64,000 bases of DNA from Sulfolobales archaeon HS-7 (GCA_019704295.1 AP024596.1:1216001-1280000), one strand, 5' to 3'. Shown: positions 31,946 through 42,578, counted from the stretch's first letter. Notes: generated by a model not told the origin, from the sequence alone. Numbers and translations: made by a program.

Positions 31946-32761
31946 ATGATAGAAGCGATTTTCGGCAACGCAAGAGATATGAGTGAAGTTGAGGACATTA
32001 GCGTAGGGTTTAATTTAATTTCTCCTCTTTATTATAATGGACCCTTTGATTTCCCCTGATCTTTTCTGATCTCATGACGATTGTCTGTTCTATTGAGAAT
32101 ATTGGTAATGAAGCTTACCATGATCTCCATAACGGTAGGAAAGCAGTATTCGTTACTGCAGATGATAGGATAGATGGCAAATTGTACCAAATAGTAGCAG
32201 ATCTAATAAAATTAAAGAAACAGTTTTTAGATATTAAGAAAATAATATGGAAAAACTGAAGAGTTATATTAGAATTAGTAGAAGGAGCGGTGTTTTAGTA
32301 CAGCGTCTTCTCTATTACTATTCTGACAACCTTTATGAGGATATAGTAGTCTTTAAGAAACCGGTGAGTTCGCAACCGAAAAAAGGAGGAGAGCAAGGTA
32401 AACATAACCAAATTTCAGAGGGAAGTGTGGTACTTAAGCGTGGGAAATAAGTAACGTTTTGCCTAACGATGAATACTTTAAGTTTACTGCTCCTTTTCTT
32501 AAGGAGTTAGCAGAAAGAGTGATAACACTGTATCCCTTGTAGGAGATACTGTGCTAGACCCAATTGTGGGTAAGGGCACTACGCTAAAAGTAGCTGACAG
32601 GCTAAGGAGAAACGTTGGTGGATACGAGATAGATCTAGAGCCTAGGAAAGTGATTTATAAAGATTAGGAAAGAACACTCTATCGGAACGCCTGAAGTTAA
32701 AGTAATAGAGAGGAGTGATATAAAGGGGCTGAGGACTAAGTTAAGGGAGAAAATAGAGTAA
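31946..32761 (+). pseudogene. DNA methyltransferase (N6/N4, class beta) pseudogene
   Basis: Fragments in different frames: MIEAIFGNARDMSEV...ISPLYY (degenerate SPPY) and GDTVLDPIVGKGTTLKVA...GYEID; includes track ORFs 32074 and 32247. Confidence 0.8.
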
Positions 32762-32814
32762 AAACTACAAAATAGGTAACGAGATGTATCATCTATGTGG
32801 TAAAATAGGAGGAG

Positions 32815-32960
32815 TTATAGATGGTTAGATCTTAGAGTCATGGGGAAATCTTCCACAGGGCATAACACGTTTAACGTTGTGGAACACTAGGAGTTATAGT
32901 TTGGGAGGCTTATTACGTAGAAACCAATTACCTTGGTTTTTATGATCGACAAAGTATAAT
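32815..32960 (+). mobile_element. MITE family B copy (diverged)
   Basis: TTATAGATGGTTAGATC...ATTACCTTGGTTTTTATGATCGACAAAGTATAA. Confidence 0.6.
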
Positions 32961-33022
32961 ACTTGCCCCCAACAAACTAAGGTTAAGAAAAAGAGATATT
33001 ATCACCTAAGTTAATTTCGCTT

Positions 33023-33739
33023 ATGCAGTTAAAGGAGAAGTTTAGCAAGGATCCCGTGAAATACGCGTTTGAAATTTATGATATGGAGAACGAAAGTAAA
33101 TACACCGAGTTCATCATTCATAGGGAGGGATACTTAATGTTCTATAGGAGATTTAAACATCCAAATGTAATTCTTGAGGCCGACGAGGAAGAGACATTAA
33201 CTTACTTAATTTCCAAAATAAGCGAAAGTAAATATATCCTTTTTACGGATCCGAAGTGGCTAGGTGTAGTCAGAGAGAAAATACCGAATGCTAAAATTTA
33301 TGGGGAGATATTAATGATATGCGAGAATCCCAAAGCATTCCCAGATAAAAGGGTTAGAAGACTATCTTCTGACGACCTTGAACTCACCCCATACTCAGGT
33401 AAGAGATTGGAATTTCTAAGTGAGGCCCTATCTGCAGGAAAGACGACTGTTTATGGCGCTTTTGTGGATGAAAGGTTCGTTTCCGTAGCGTATACCTGGA
33501 TAGAAACTGAAAGTGTTGCTTATATCGGTGGGGTTCTCACTGAGGAGAGGTACAGAAATAGGGGTCTTGCAAAGGCAGTGGTTTCAGCAATTGCTAACGA
33601 TATCGTAAAGAGGGGGAAGATTGCCTCTCTCTACGTGAGGGATGATAACATCCCCGCAATAAAGGCCTATGAGGCAGTGGGCTTTAAAGCCCGTGGACGT
33701 AGGCTTTGGGTAGATGTAAATACGGGAGAGTCGCCATAG
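33023..33739 (+). CDS. GNAT-family N-acetyltransferase
   Basis: IGGVLTEERYRNRGLAK and NIPAIKAYEAVGF. Confidence 0.9.
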   Translation: MQLKEKFSKDPVKYAFEIYDMENESKYTEFIIHREGYLMFYRRFKHPNVILEADEEETLTYLISKISESKYILFTDPKWLGVVREKIPNAKIYGEILMICENPKAFPDKRVRRLSSDDLELTPYSGKRLEFLSEALSAGKTTVYGAFVDERFVSVAYTWIETESVAYIGGVLTEERYRNRGLAKAVVSAIANDIVKRGKIASLYVRDDNIPAIKAYEAVGFKARGRRLWVDVNTGESP

Positions 33740-34436
33740 TGTTTAACGTTCAGGGGGGTAGCTGTTATCGTAATGGGCAGTATTTTTCTCAGATTGAAAA
33801 GGTTCTGATACATTCTGCTTGAGAAATCATGGATTCTAAATTGTAACAAGATTGTTTAGGCAGGTGATAACACTATCTTTGTAAAATTTTGGAAAGAATA
33901 ACTTTTATGGAGTAGGGGCTTTCAATAGTAAGCTCGTTTTAATTTCATTAAAAGACTAAGGGATGTACTGTTATACTTTCTTGGATTCTAAAGTTCAATG
34001 TACAACTTTACCCACCTTAGTATTATACATGTTGAACAAACGATGCTAGAGGGTCTGTATTTACCTTTAAAGAGTAAGGATTATCGTAGGTAATGGCAAA
34101 ATTCAGAGTGTAATTAGTGCCGAAAATGTAGCAAGACGTAAAGTTAATGAGGCCTATTTTACTTCTGAAAGAAAAGGGGATAAAGAACTAATCGTTGAAA
34201 GCCTAGCAATAAGCTTTTCCTGTTAAAATATTGTAAATATTAAGTAATTATTTTTATCTAAGAAAATAATATGGATATAAGTTAAATTAAAATTGATCAA
34301 CGAAATAAGTTATATGTTTCTTAGTACAAAGAGTGAGTTTGATCTAGAAAGGTGGATTAAGTCATTAAAAATTCTTCAGGTATACTATAGTACTAAAAGT
34401 TTAAAAACGAGAGGGCAGAATATATTATGAAAAGAC

Positions 34437-35162
34437 ATGGAAAAGGTTTTAGGACCCCAAACAGAAGAGGGATTAAAGTATCTCTTTTCAGCAAATGCGG
34501 AAGACTACATGAGGTTATTATTAATATCCAAATACTTAGATGCAATGGGTATGAAAAAGGAGGCTGAGGCCTTTAGGGAGAAAGCAAACGTAGAGCTTGG
34601 TCACGCGAGTGCTATATTAAACACGTTAATAAAGCATTACGGGCTTACGGCAATGGTTCAAGACATGGCTAAAGAGGAGAGCGAGCAGCACGTTTCCGAG
34701 TACAATAAGGTAGCTATGGCCGCCAAAGCCGAGGGAAATACCGAAGTTGAGTCCATGCTCTGCTCCTTCTCCGAACAGGAAAAGGATATAGCTGAGACGA
34801 TAAAAATGGGAGTAAAGAAGCTTGTCGAAGACATGGCTAAAGAGGAGAGCGAGCAGCACGTTTCCGAGTACAATAAGGTAGCTATGGCCGCCAAAGCCGA
34901 GGGAAATACCGAAGTTGAGTCCATGCTCTGCTCCTTCTCCGAACAGGAAAAGGATATAGCTGAGACGATAAAAATGGGAGTAAAGAAGCTTGTCGAAGAC
35001 ATGGCTAAAGAGGAGAGCGAGCAGCACGTTTCCGAGTACAATAAGGTAGCTATGGCCGCCAAAGCCGAGGGAAATACCGAAGTTGAGTCCATGCTCTGCT
35101 CCTTCTCCGAACAGGAAAAGGATATAGCTGAGACGATAAAAAGGATTAATGTATCATCGTAA
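34437..35162 (+). CDS. Rubrerythrin/ferritin-like protein with triplicated C-terminal helix pair
   Basis: TEEGLK, AEAF...ELGHA, EESEQHVSEY...AAKAEG pattern of the rubrerythrin four-helix bundle. Confidence 0.75.
   Translation: MEKVLGPQTEEGLKYLFSANAEDYMRLLLISKYLDAMGMKKEAEAFREKANVELGHASAILNTLIKHYGLTAMVQDMAKEESEQHVSEYNKVAMAAKAEGNTEVESMLCSFSEQEKDIAETIKMGVKKLVEDMAKEESEQHVSEYNKVAMAAKAEGNTEVESMLCSFSEQEKDIAETIKMGVKKLVEDMAKEESEQHVSEYNKVAMAAKAEGNTEVESMLCSFSEQEKDIAETIKRINVSS
34660..35142 (+). repeat. Perfect tandem repeat, 168-bp unit, about 2.9 copies
   Basis: AAGACATGGCTAAAG starts at 34660, 34828 and 34996; no mismatches seen. Confidence 0.95.
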
Positions 35163-35464
35163 TCTTTTTTACTTTTTTAACGTTATTTTTTATAACATAA
35201 AGGATATATTCGGGATTAATCATAATCACATTAGTTATTAGATATATCAGAATACCACAGGTACTAAAGGACATAAGGGAAAACATGTTGATCTTTAGAG
35301 TCAAAAAGAGTAAGTCAAACACCTGGCGTTTATGTACATTAGTCTATATTTAGGGCTCCTTTCCAATGTACACTAAAATTTTACGAAGTTGTATCGTTTT
35401 GGGCGGAACGTTTTATACGTTTGTTATAGCAAAGCTTAATATTTATAATGTATTATTATAATCT

Positions 35465-35740
35465 ATGACAAAGGTCATGGTTATACATGAATGGGATGAT
35501 ACGCAGAAAGAGAAAGTAATAAATTTCTTTGATCAATTGGTCTCAATGGCCAAATCGAAAAAGCTTCCCAACGGGTTTAAACTTGAAAGAGTCGATATGG
35601 ATGAGAAAAACAATGCTGCTGTATGCCAGTGGGAAGTTCCCAGTGTTCAAGAGCTCATGAACGTTGCAGGTCAGATGAATATAACGTGGAAAGTTAAGAT
35701 GATTTCTCCTTCTCCTAAATATGAACATAAACTAATTTGA
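35465..35740 (+). CDS. Small hypothetical protein, probable ferredoxin-like (dimeric alpha+beta barrel) fold
   Basis: MVIHEW...AVCQWEVPS pattern; TATA upstream, T-rich terminator downstream. Confidence 0.6.
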   Translation: MTKVMVIHEWDDTQKEKVINFFDQLVSMAKSKKLPNGFKLERVDMDEKNNAAVCQWEVPSVQELMNVAGQMNITWKVKMISPSPKYEHKLI

Positions 35741-35979
35741 ATTTTTTATAAAATATACTCTTTTTGTTTGTTTATATTACAACTTAACTTATATTCTATT
35801 TCGTATACAATATTTGCAAAAAGAGGTTTATGATTATTTTAGCGACTTACGCGTGGCTGGCATTGCAACATTTACGGATGTTTTCCCTAAAAAGTCTCAT
35901 GTTAATGGGATATTGTATTACTTATCAATCAATAAAATTTTTCAAAAACGCGTTAGGACACGCTAAGTTAATATCTAGA

Positions 35980-36130
35980 GGGGCGATTTAGGGCTCTTTT
36001 GCGGACTAAAAGAGGGTATAATAAAGTAAACTGCAGAGTGTAAATCCCTACCTTGTATATGCGCTAATATTCAATTAAATTCATCATATTTCTTAAATAG
36101 ACTGAATTCTCAAAGGTACGTGAACCAGCC
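35980..36130 (+). mobile_element. MITE family A copy (internally shortened)
   Basis: GGGCGATTTAGGGCTCTTTTGCG...TTCAATTAAATTC...AAATAGACTGAATTC. Confidence 0.7.
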
Positions 36131-36231
36131 GTAAGGAAGTCAGGTATACTCTCTTACAATATACCTTACAAGCCTAAATGTTCCTCCCCAACCCCCCGTG
36201 GATTCACAGGTTTATATGTCTCTCTCAGTTA

Positions 36232-37234
36232 CGAGTCTGGGACAAATTATTCTAATGGGTTCCAGATTTAAATATGATTTCAGGATTTTTAATCTAACGC
36301 TTTAGACCACAGGAGGTCGTGAATCGCGACCCTCGCTAGGACCTTCAAGTGGATCCTCTCTTCCTTGACCTTGTTTGTGATTCACCCTGTCCTCCTTAGA
36401 GGAGATCAGGGACTCTGCTTTCTCACGCTTGAAGTACTCCTCCAAGTACTCCAGCGGGTTCCTCATGAACCTCAATATCATCTCCACCTTTTCCCTCCTT
36501 TGATCGTGGCGTTAGACTTTGGTATCAAGTAGACCTCGGAATCAGGGAAGTCATCAGGTGTAGACCAGTACTTGTCAGTCCTCAAGGAGTCCACTTGCAC
36601 GCCAAGATCCCTCAGGACCTCGAGGGCTATCTCATAAGCCTCTCACTCTTAACCGAGTAACCGTAAGCGACGATCAAGTTACTGCCTAGGTAATGAAGAG
36701 TACACGAAGTCCTTCCCTTCCTTCACCTCTTCCCCGGACTTCTCCCCTTCATCCAGTTATGCTCACTAGGGAATAGCCTGTCCCGTCTATGACCGCGTCC
36801 ACCTTGAGGCCACTAATGCTCTTTTAGAGCATGTTGTAAAGGACAACGCAGACGTCGGATAAGTCTCTCTATCATGTTGTAGCTTATCTCCTCCTTCGTT
36901 AGTAGTGACGCCAGTTCTGCGCCTCCCCGTTGGCCTAGGTATTCCTTGATTATCAGTAAGTCTTGTGGGGTTAACTCTCTCCTCTCTTGTTTTCCCATGT
37001 CTTCACGAACTTCCCTTCATATATGTTCCGCCTTAACTCCTGACCGAACCTTAATCTAGCTTACCTCTCCTCTTCGCTTTCCTCAGCCTCCGCCTTACCC
37101 ACCCTACTCTCCTTGTATAGTGATCAAGTCCTCTATTGACTCCTTGAAGTCCTCGAAGTCCTTCTGAGTTAACTTCTTATTCACATGTTCGTAATACAAA
37201 ATAAGCGGTATCTGAAGTTTTTGTCCCAGAGTAG
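36232..37234 (-). mobile_element. Degenerate ~1-kb IS (ISNCY, ISC1043/ISC1048-like) with transposase pseudogene
   Basis: TIRs GAGTCTGGGACAAA and TTTGTCCCAGAGT; broken frames with IDGTGYS, DKY and EYLEEYFKREKAES; paralogous to 59461-60417. Confidence 0.75.
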
Positions 37235-37418
37235 CATAAAGCTAATATCCCCTCTAAATTGATTGGGAAAACAATTTTTCTCAGTGAAGCAGAGGGTTTA
37301 TTGAAGATCCCTCTCTTTTAGTTCTTGGTCTTTCAATAAGTAGAGAGTTTTATTATAAATCGGAAATCAGCTCAAGATATCAACGGATGCACCTATTCTT
37401 AATAGTTAAAATTTTAAC

Positions 37419-37898
37419 GTGGAAGTAGAATATTTCCATATGGCAATTAAAGAAGCTAAGGAATTAGTGACTCTAATTCTAGGCTTGGCAGGAGGTCATA
37501 TCGCTACAGATACTAGATTTCAGAAGATAGCATTCTTGGTTAATGAGAAAGTCCTTAAGAAAGATGTTAAGTTTGAACCTATGGACTTCGGTCCTTACTC
37601 TAAGGAACTGGTTAAGGCCGTTAATAAGCTTAAAAAAGAAGGTAAGGTTATTTATGTACTTGACAGCGATAGTGTTTCTCATTATTCTCTGACAAGGGAA
37701 GGGGAGGAGGAATTTAAGCGTTTAGAGAATAAAATAAGTCCAGATACGTTAAATGAAATTAAGGAAATAATAGGAAAATTTAAGGATGTGCCTCTAACCT
37801 ATCTTTTAGCATACGTGTATACTAATTATCCAGACTACACTGTAAAAAGTAAAATTATTGATAAGGTTGAAGAGTGGAGGAACTATTACGGGATTTAG
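37419..37898 (+). CDS. SocA/Panacea (DUF4065)/YwgA-like winged-helix protein
   Basis: TRFQKIAFL, FEPMDFGPYS, YSLTREG, LAYVY...YP; likely start ATG at 37440. Confidence 0.7.
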   Translation: MEVEYFHMAIKEAKELVTLILGLAGGHIATDTRFQKIAFLVNEKVLKKDVKFEPMDFGPYSKELVKAVNKLKKEGKVIYVLDSDSVSHYSLTREGEEEFKRLENKISPDTLNEIKEIIGKFKDVPLTYLLAYVYTNYPDYTVKSKIIDKVEEWRNYYGI

Positions 37899-38712
37899 GG
37901 CAACTTTTAGCCTTAGAAACTAATTCGTAGGGTAGATTAATTATAGTACCTTCATTCTGCTTTATCACAATTCCATACGATATGCTCTCTAGGTTACCAC
38001 AATATTCATTACCGGAATTGTCTATTATGCAGACGCAATATGCAGGGTCTTTTACTAAATCGAAAAGCTTCATCTCTATTTCCGTATCAGTATCAAGAAT
38101 ACCTAAATTAGGTCTTCTAGTAATATAAAATACATAAACACATATCGTTATGATAAACGAGATAATTATCGAAAATAAAATTAAGAGGCCTACTTGATCA
38201 AAATCCTTATCTATTACCATAAAAATTGCTGTAAGCACGAAAGTTATTGCCAATATGATTAAAAAGTATCTAATTACTAAAACGAAAATGCCTCCAAACA
38301 CTTTATTCCATTTTATGCGTAGGCTATCTACATCCGGAATATTATATTGAGACTCTTCCACGAGGTTATTGATAATTTTTTTCCTTTTACCTATAAATCC
38401 TATAACAACAAAGAAAAGAATTAAAAATATAATATAAGAAACTGTAGATAATATAATATTATTTGTAGTTTCTAAATGGTCAGATACAGGTGCAAGTGTA
38501 GCAAAAAATAACGATGCTAGTAACAATATGTAAGTTACTACACCAACATATTTTAAATTTATGAAATAGTATAATGGCCTATAGACATAGCCTATTAATT
38601 TTAAGATATTGTTCCTTTTGCTTATCTGTTGGATCCAATTAGTTATTATATAAACTAGTATAGATGCTGAAAACGTACCTAGAACTGCCGTAATCCCATT
38701 CAACAGTAACAT
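37855..38712 (-). CDS. Multi-pass membrane protein with C-terminal Sm-like beta domain
   Basis: About five TM helices; VCIIDNSGNEYCGNL...IVIK...INLPYELV pattern; very AT-rich. Confidence 0.6.
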   Translation of the reverse strand: MLLLNGITAVLGTFSASILVYIITNWIQQISKRNNILKLIGYVYRPLYYFINLKYVGVVTYILLLASLFFATLAPVSDHLETTNNIILSTVSYIIFLILFFVVIGFIGKRKKIINNLVEESQYNIPDVDSLRIKWNKVFGGIFVLVIRYFLIILAITFVLTAIFMVIDKDFDQVGLLILFSIIISFIITICVYVFYITRRPNLGILDTDTEIEMKLFDLVKDPAYCVCIIDNSGNEYCGNLESISYGIVIKQNEGTIINLPYELVSKAKSCPKSRNSSSTLQPYQ

Positions 38713-38807
38713 TAAAAGAAAATTTGAGATCTCACGATAATAACTATAACTTTCATCCTATTTTAGTTCACAAGTTAGAAGTTTTTCTCAGTTATCTGGA
38801 GGAGTTC

Positions 38808-38970
38808 GGGTGATTTAGAGTTCCTTTGCGAATTGTAATTCATAAGAAAGATAGATGAAATACAGAAAATTGTTGAGCGTATATCCCCTATTAGTAATTC
38901 CTGTTGTATTGAATTGAATTTGTTACAATTCTTAAAATAAACTGAATTCGCAAAAAGATGTGAATTACCC
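38808..38970 (+). mobile_element. MITE family A copy (best preserved, 163 bp)
   Basis: Imperfect ~27-bp TIRs GGGTGATTTAGAGTTCCTTTGCGAATT and AATTCGCAAAAAGATGTGAATTACCC. Confidence 0.85.
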
Positions 38971-39250
38971 TATTCCCACTGAAGTTGTTGATTTATATCG
39001 AGGGAGGAACACCATCTCGAATTTTGACTAAGCATTATTTAGATTTACTGAGATTCGAGAAATAGGTATTATCCATATTTACACAGAACACTTAATGAAT
39101 TTTTCTCATGTTATAAATGACGACTGATGCTTATCTACTCTGCCAGTGTAATTCATCAAAATTCAATGAGAGGAGTTACGAAATCCTTTTTATGCATAAT
39201 GATAATCATATTTTTGGATTGAGGAAAAAAATTAGAATGGGGATGATTAC

Positions 39251-39414
39251 GGGCGATTCAGGTTTCCATTGTGAATTGAAATTATAGCAAAGATATATTA
39301 AATATGAAAAATTGTTAAGTGTGAATCCCTACCTAGTCCGTACCATGGTATTCAATTAAATTCAGTAGATTTTGCTAAATAAACTAAATTTGCAATAAAA
39401 GTGTGAAAGGCTCC
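39251..39414 (+). mobile_element. MITE family A copy
   Basis: GGGCGATTCAGGTTTCCATTGTGAATT...AAATAAACTAAATTTGCAA; closest to 56853-57015. Confidence 0.8.
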
Positions 39415-39950
39415 GACTTCTTGGTTATTGAGAATAAAGAGGATTTTAGGAAGTTCAAGGAGGACTTCCTAGACTAGCAAGGGAAAAAGCTAAGCTCTAT
39501 AAGCCCTTTTATGAGAGCTAACCTCTCAAATAAACACTGTAAAGTTTTTTGAATCAGCACTGTAAAGTATCATTATATTCCCTATAACATCTACCGAGAA
39601 CATGGCATTTCTATCCTTATCCCTTCCTAACTTCTCTCTGGAGTATTTGAAGGGTTTTTTCCTGTAATAATTCTAGTTTCTCTAAAACGAGCACTACCAG
39701 CTTATCATTATACGTATCCATAGCATACTCCAAAAACTATCTAAGGTTCTTTATCTCCCTTAGGCGTGGTCTCTGCGAACCATCTTGAGTTTGGATGGAA
39801 AGCCCAGGAAGGAATTCATGAAACACCTCCAGTATTTCAAAAATTTTCCCCTTGTTCCTCTAGTTTTCCGTTTTCTTTACGATTACTATGAGTTCATAAG
39901 CTTTAGGGCATTTACGTAAGGTTTATTTCTTATCTACCCTATCTTCTCCC

Positions 39951-40646
39951 ATGCACGTGAAGGTCGGCATTTGCGGATATAGGAAAGGACTTGACGTAGA
40001 CGTTATAGAAACGCAACAGACGTTTTACGATATAGTTACGGAATCTACAGCGTCTAGGTGGAGAGAGGGATATTCGGGAGAATTTACAGTAAAGGCTTTG
40101 CAGGTAATAACACACGAAAAGAGTAGTCCGACGTATAAAAGGATGAAGAAGTTCTTTGGTAATCCCGAGAACTACGGCGGGTTCAGGATAAATCGGGATA
40201 CGGAAAGGGGACTGGAATACACGTTAAGTGCTGCGAAGGTCCTCAATGCCACAATAATAGTGTTTCAGACCCCACCCTCCTTTCTCCCCACAGAGACACA
40301 CGTGAAATCCGTTATTGATTTCTCCTCAATTTTGGATAAGCGCTTTCTCTACGCATGGGAGGTAAGAGGTTCCTGGGACGATCAAACCATAAGGAAAGTT
40401 CTCTCCTCGACGGGCTTCATTCACGCCGTAGATCCATTTAAAAGGACCTCCCTTTCGGAGTTTAAGTACTACAGGTTGCACGGGATAGGTAAGGAGATTA
40501 ACTACAGGTATAGGTATACTGAGGAGGATTTTAGGGCACTGGTCAACGCCCTAGGGGATAAGGAAAATTACGTTTTGTTTAACAACGTTCATATGATAAG
40601 GAATTCGCTCGAGTTTAAGAATTACCTCTCGGGTGACGCTAAATGA
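39951..40646 (+). CDS. DUF72-family protein
   Basis: VGICG, IETQQTFY, FTVKA...ITH, FQTPPSF, WEVRG, YYRLHG, FNN. Confidence 0.88.
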   Translation: MHVKVGICGYRKGLDVDVIETQQTFYDIVTESTASRWREGYSGEFTVKALQVITHEKSSPTYKRMKKFFGNPENYGGFRINRDTERGLEYTLSAAKVLNATIIVFQTPPSFLPTETHVKSVIDFSSILDKRFLYAWEVRGSWDDQTIRKVLSSTGFIHAVDPFKRTSLSEFKYYRLHGIGKEINYRYRYTEEDFRALVNALGDKENYVLFNNVHMIRNSLEFKNYLSGDAK

Positions 40647-41575
40647 AGAATGAAATTTTCCCATGGGGAGTTAACGTACCATACCTAATTATTGCAGGAA
40701 TTTACTTTTTAGCAGGAGGGCTCTCTCTCTTTACTGGACAGAGTCACGGACTTTTAATGTTGTTGGGCGCGTACTCTCTTTACAGCGGTATGATACAGAG
40801 GCTTTTCTTCCCTGCTAGGAAGTACATCGTTCCTCAGTTAATCAATATGATACTCGTGTGTATTCCTATTCCCTTGGCTCAGGTTCTAGCCTACATTGCC
40901 CTTACAATTACCGCAGTATGGTCAGTACTGGACGTATCTAAGTACGGGGCGAAATATCCAATAAACCTCCTTGTTTTGTCCTCACCTATTCTCTCCGTGA
41001 TCTTCTGGACTCTTTTCTCAGCCTTTGGGAACTACTGGTTATTGATAATTCCGTTAATGTCTTACCTGTTTGGAGTGAACGTAGGGGTATTTACGGCTAC
41101 ATTAGGAGTCAAACCGAAGTATGGTTTACTTCAACTACCCATTCTGGCGGCAGTTTTCTCGATACTCCTCATACATTACGTAATAGTTCCGGTAGGGATT
41201 TACTTCGCATGGCTTTTCTTTAACGGGGTAAAGAGGTTTAACTTAAGCGCTGCAGTAACTGTTTTTACGGGAGGTTTCACCTCACTTTTATCCGTGTTTA
41301 CAGGAATGGAGATTCACGCATTCGCCTTAGGAGTAATGCTCCCCTTTTTCTACTCATGTATTACCTATTCCCTCTCCAGGTACAATTACGATTACGAATA
41401 CGTTATTCCTCTACTTCTGATGATATCCTATTTCATACGAATGTTCCTACTGATACCGTCAGGCATTGCAACTGCAGTTGGCATTATTCTATTTTATTAT
41501 CTAAATATAGACAATTTTAGTTTATTTACATTAAGAAACGGTCTCTCTAAGAAGTTCCTTTCAGGTAACGCTTAA
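40643..41575 (+). CDS. Polytopic membrane protein (possibly NnrS-like)
   Basis: About ten TM segments with two intramembrane His (SHGLLM, EIHAF); ATGA overlap with DUF72. Confidence 0.55.
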   Translation: MKNEIFPWGVNVPYLIIAGIYFLAGGLSLFTGQSHGLLMLLGAYSLYSGMIQRLFFPARKYIVPQLINMILVCIPIPLAQVLAYIALTITAVWSVLDVSKYGAKYPINLLVLSSPILSVIFWTLFSAFGNYWLLIIPLMSYLFGVNVGVFTATLGVKPKYGLLQLPILAAVFSILLIHYVIVPVGIYFAWLFFNGVKRFNLSAAVTVFTGGFTSLLSVFTGMEIHAFALGVMLPFFYSCITYSLSRYNYDYEYVIPLLLMISYFIRMFLLIPSGIATAVGIILFYYLNIDNFSLFTLRNGLSKKFLSGNA

Positions 41576-41667
41576 CTACATTTACGAGGAGAATATAAAG
41601 GGTTATAACTGATCACTAATAATATTAAATAAAATTATTAACGCATAGTTGCCTGAAACCTTGTATA

Positions 41668-42081
41668 ATGAAGTATCAAGTTTTTCCTATGGAGGAATAC
41701 AGGAAGTGGATGAGTCAAGCCGAAGAGGATTTGAAGACCGCTGAAATCCTACATGAGAACGGTAGATATTACGCATCGGTATTCTTTTGTCATCAGAGTG
41801 TGGAGAAAGCGCTAAAGGCTCTACTCATCAAGGGAAGAAAGGATCCAGGTAAAACTCGTTCCCTTTCGGATTTACTTGAGATGATAGAGTTAGATTTGGG
41901 CATTCAGATTACCGACGATGTGAGGAAGGCCGCGAATCAGATTATACCGCACTACACGTTAAGTAGATATCCTGACGTATCCAACTCCCTCCCCGCTCAA
42001 ATTTATCATGTGGAGATCGGCGAACACGTCATGCGAAGTTGTAAAAAGGTGTTGGAATGGTTAAATCAAAGTCTGCAATAG
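41668..42081 (+). CDS. HEPN-domain protein
   Basis: AEEDLKTA, FFCHQSVEKALKA, SRYPD; likely start ATG at 41689. Confidence 0.88.
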   Translation: MKYQVFPMEEYRKWMSQAEEDLKTAEILHENGRYYASVFFCHQSVEKALKALLIKGRKDPGKTRSLSDLLEMIELDLGIQITDDVRKAANQIIPHYTLSRYPDVSNSLPAQIYHVEIGEHVMRSCKKVLEWLNQSLQ

Positions 42082-42401
42082 AAAGTCAGAAAAGGATGGA
42101 GGAATTCGTCCGGGAAATAATATGCCAGTTAAAGGGGAGACTCCCTGTTAGGGAAGTATACGTATTTGGCTCCAGGGCACGGGGGGACTACAAGGACACT
42201 AGCGATATTGATCTTATCTTCGTCATAGACGGGATGAGTAATGTCGGGGTGGTTAAAAGAATGAACATGGTGACCCCTTTCATAAGGGGAAAAGTGGACT
42301 TCGTGGTCCTATCACCGGAGGAGAAAGAGGGTCATAAGCTAATGAAGGAAGCCAAGAAAGTCTGGGGAAGAGAAGAGGGATTTGTAGGCTTACCGACTTA
42401 A
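42057..42401 (+). CDS. Minimal nucleotidyltransferase (MNT) antitoxin
   Basis: VYVFGSRARGD...SDIDL; overlaps HEPN. Confidence 0.9.
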   Translation: MVKSKSAIESQKRMEEFVREIICQLKGRLPVREVYVFGSRARGDYKDTSDIDLIFVIDGMSNVGVVKRMNMVTPFIRGKVDFVVLSPEEKEGHKLMKEAKKVWGREEGFVGLPT

Positions 42402-42429
42402 TAGCGAACCAAAGCACTATTTAACTGGA

Positions 42430-42578
42430 ACAGTCAGGTTTATCTGATGAATTCAGTTTATTTCAGTAATCATAGCAAATTCAATAATAAGAAACAGCTA
42501 CGTGAGGTAAAACTTACCAATTTACTGTATTTATGTGTCTTTATTATAATTTAGTTCGCAAAAGAACCCTGAAACGCT
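42430..42578 (-). mobile_element. MITE family A copy (reverse)
   Basis: GAATTCAGTTTATTTC...AGTTCGCAAAAGAACCCTGAAACGC. Confidence 0.65.

Noticed and set aside
34626-35092. Two antisense ORFs (133 and 144 aa) with repeated sequence
   Set aside because: Shadows of the 168-bp tandem repeat in the rubrerythrin-like gene
34660-35142. Possible CRISPR-like array
   Set aside because: Units are contiguous, identical and coding, with no unique spacers and no cas genes
39420-39900. Further IS-like debris (also 25620-25900 and 57840-58100)
   Set aside because: Looks like decayed coding or IS sequence, but boundaries and family cannot be supported by eye
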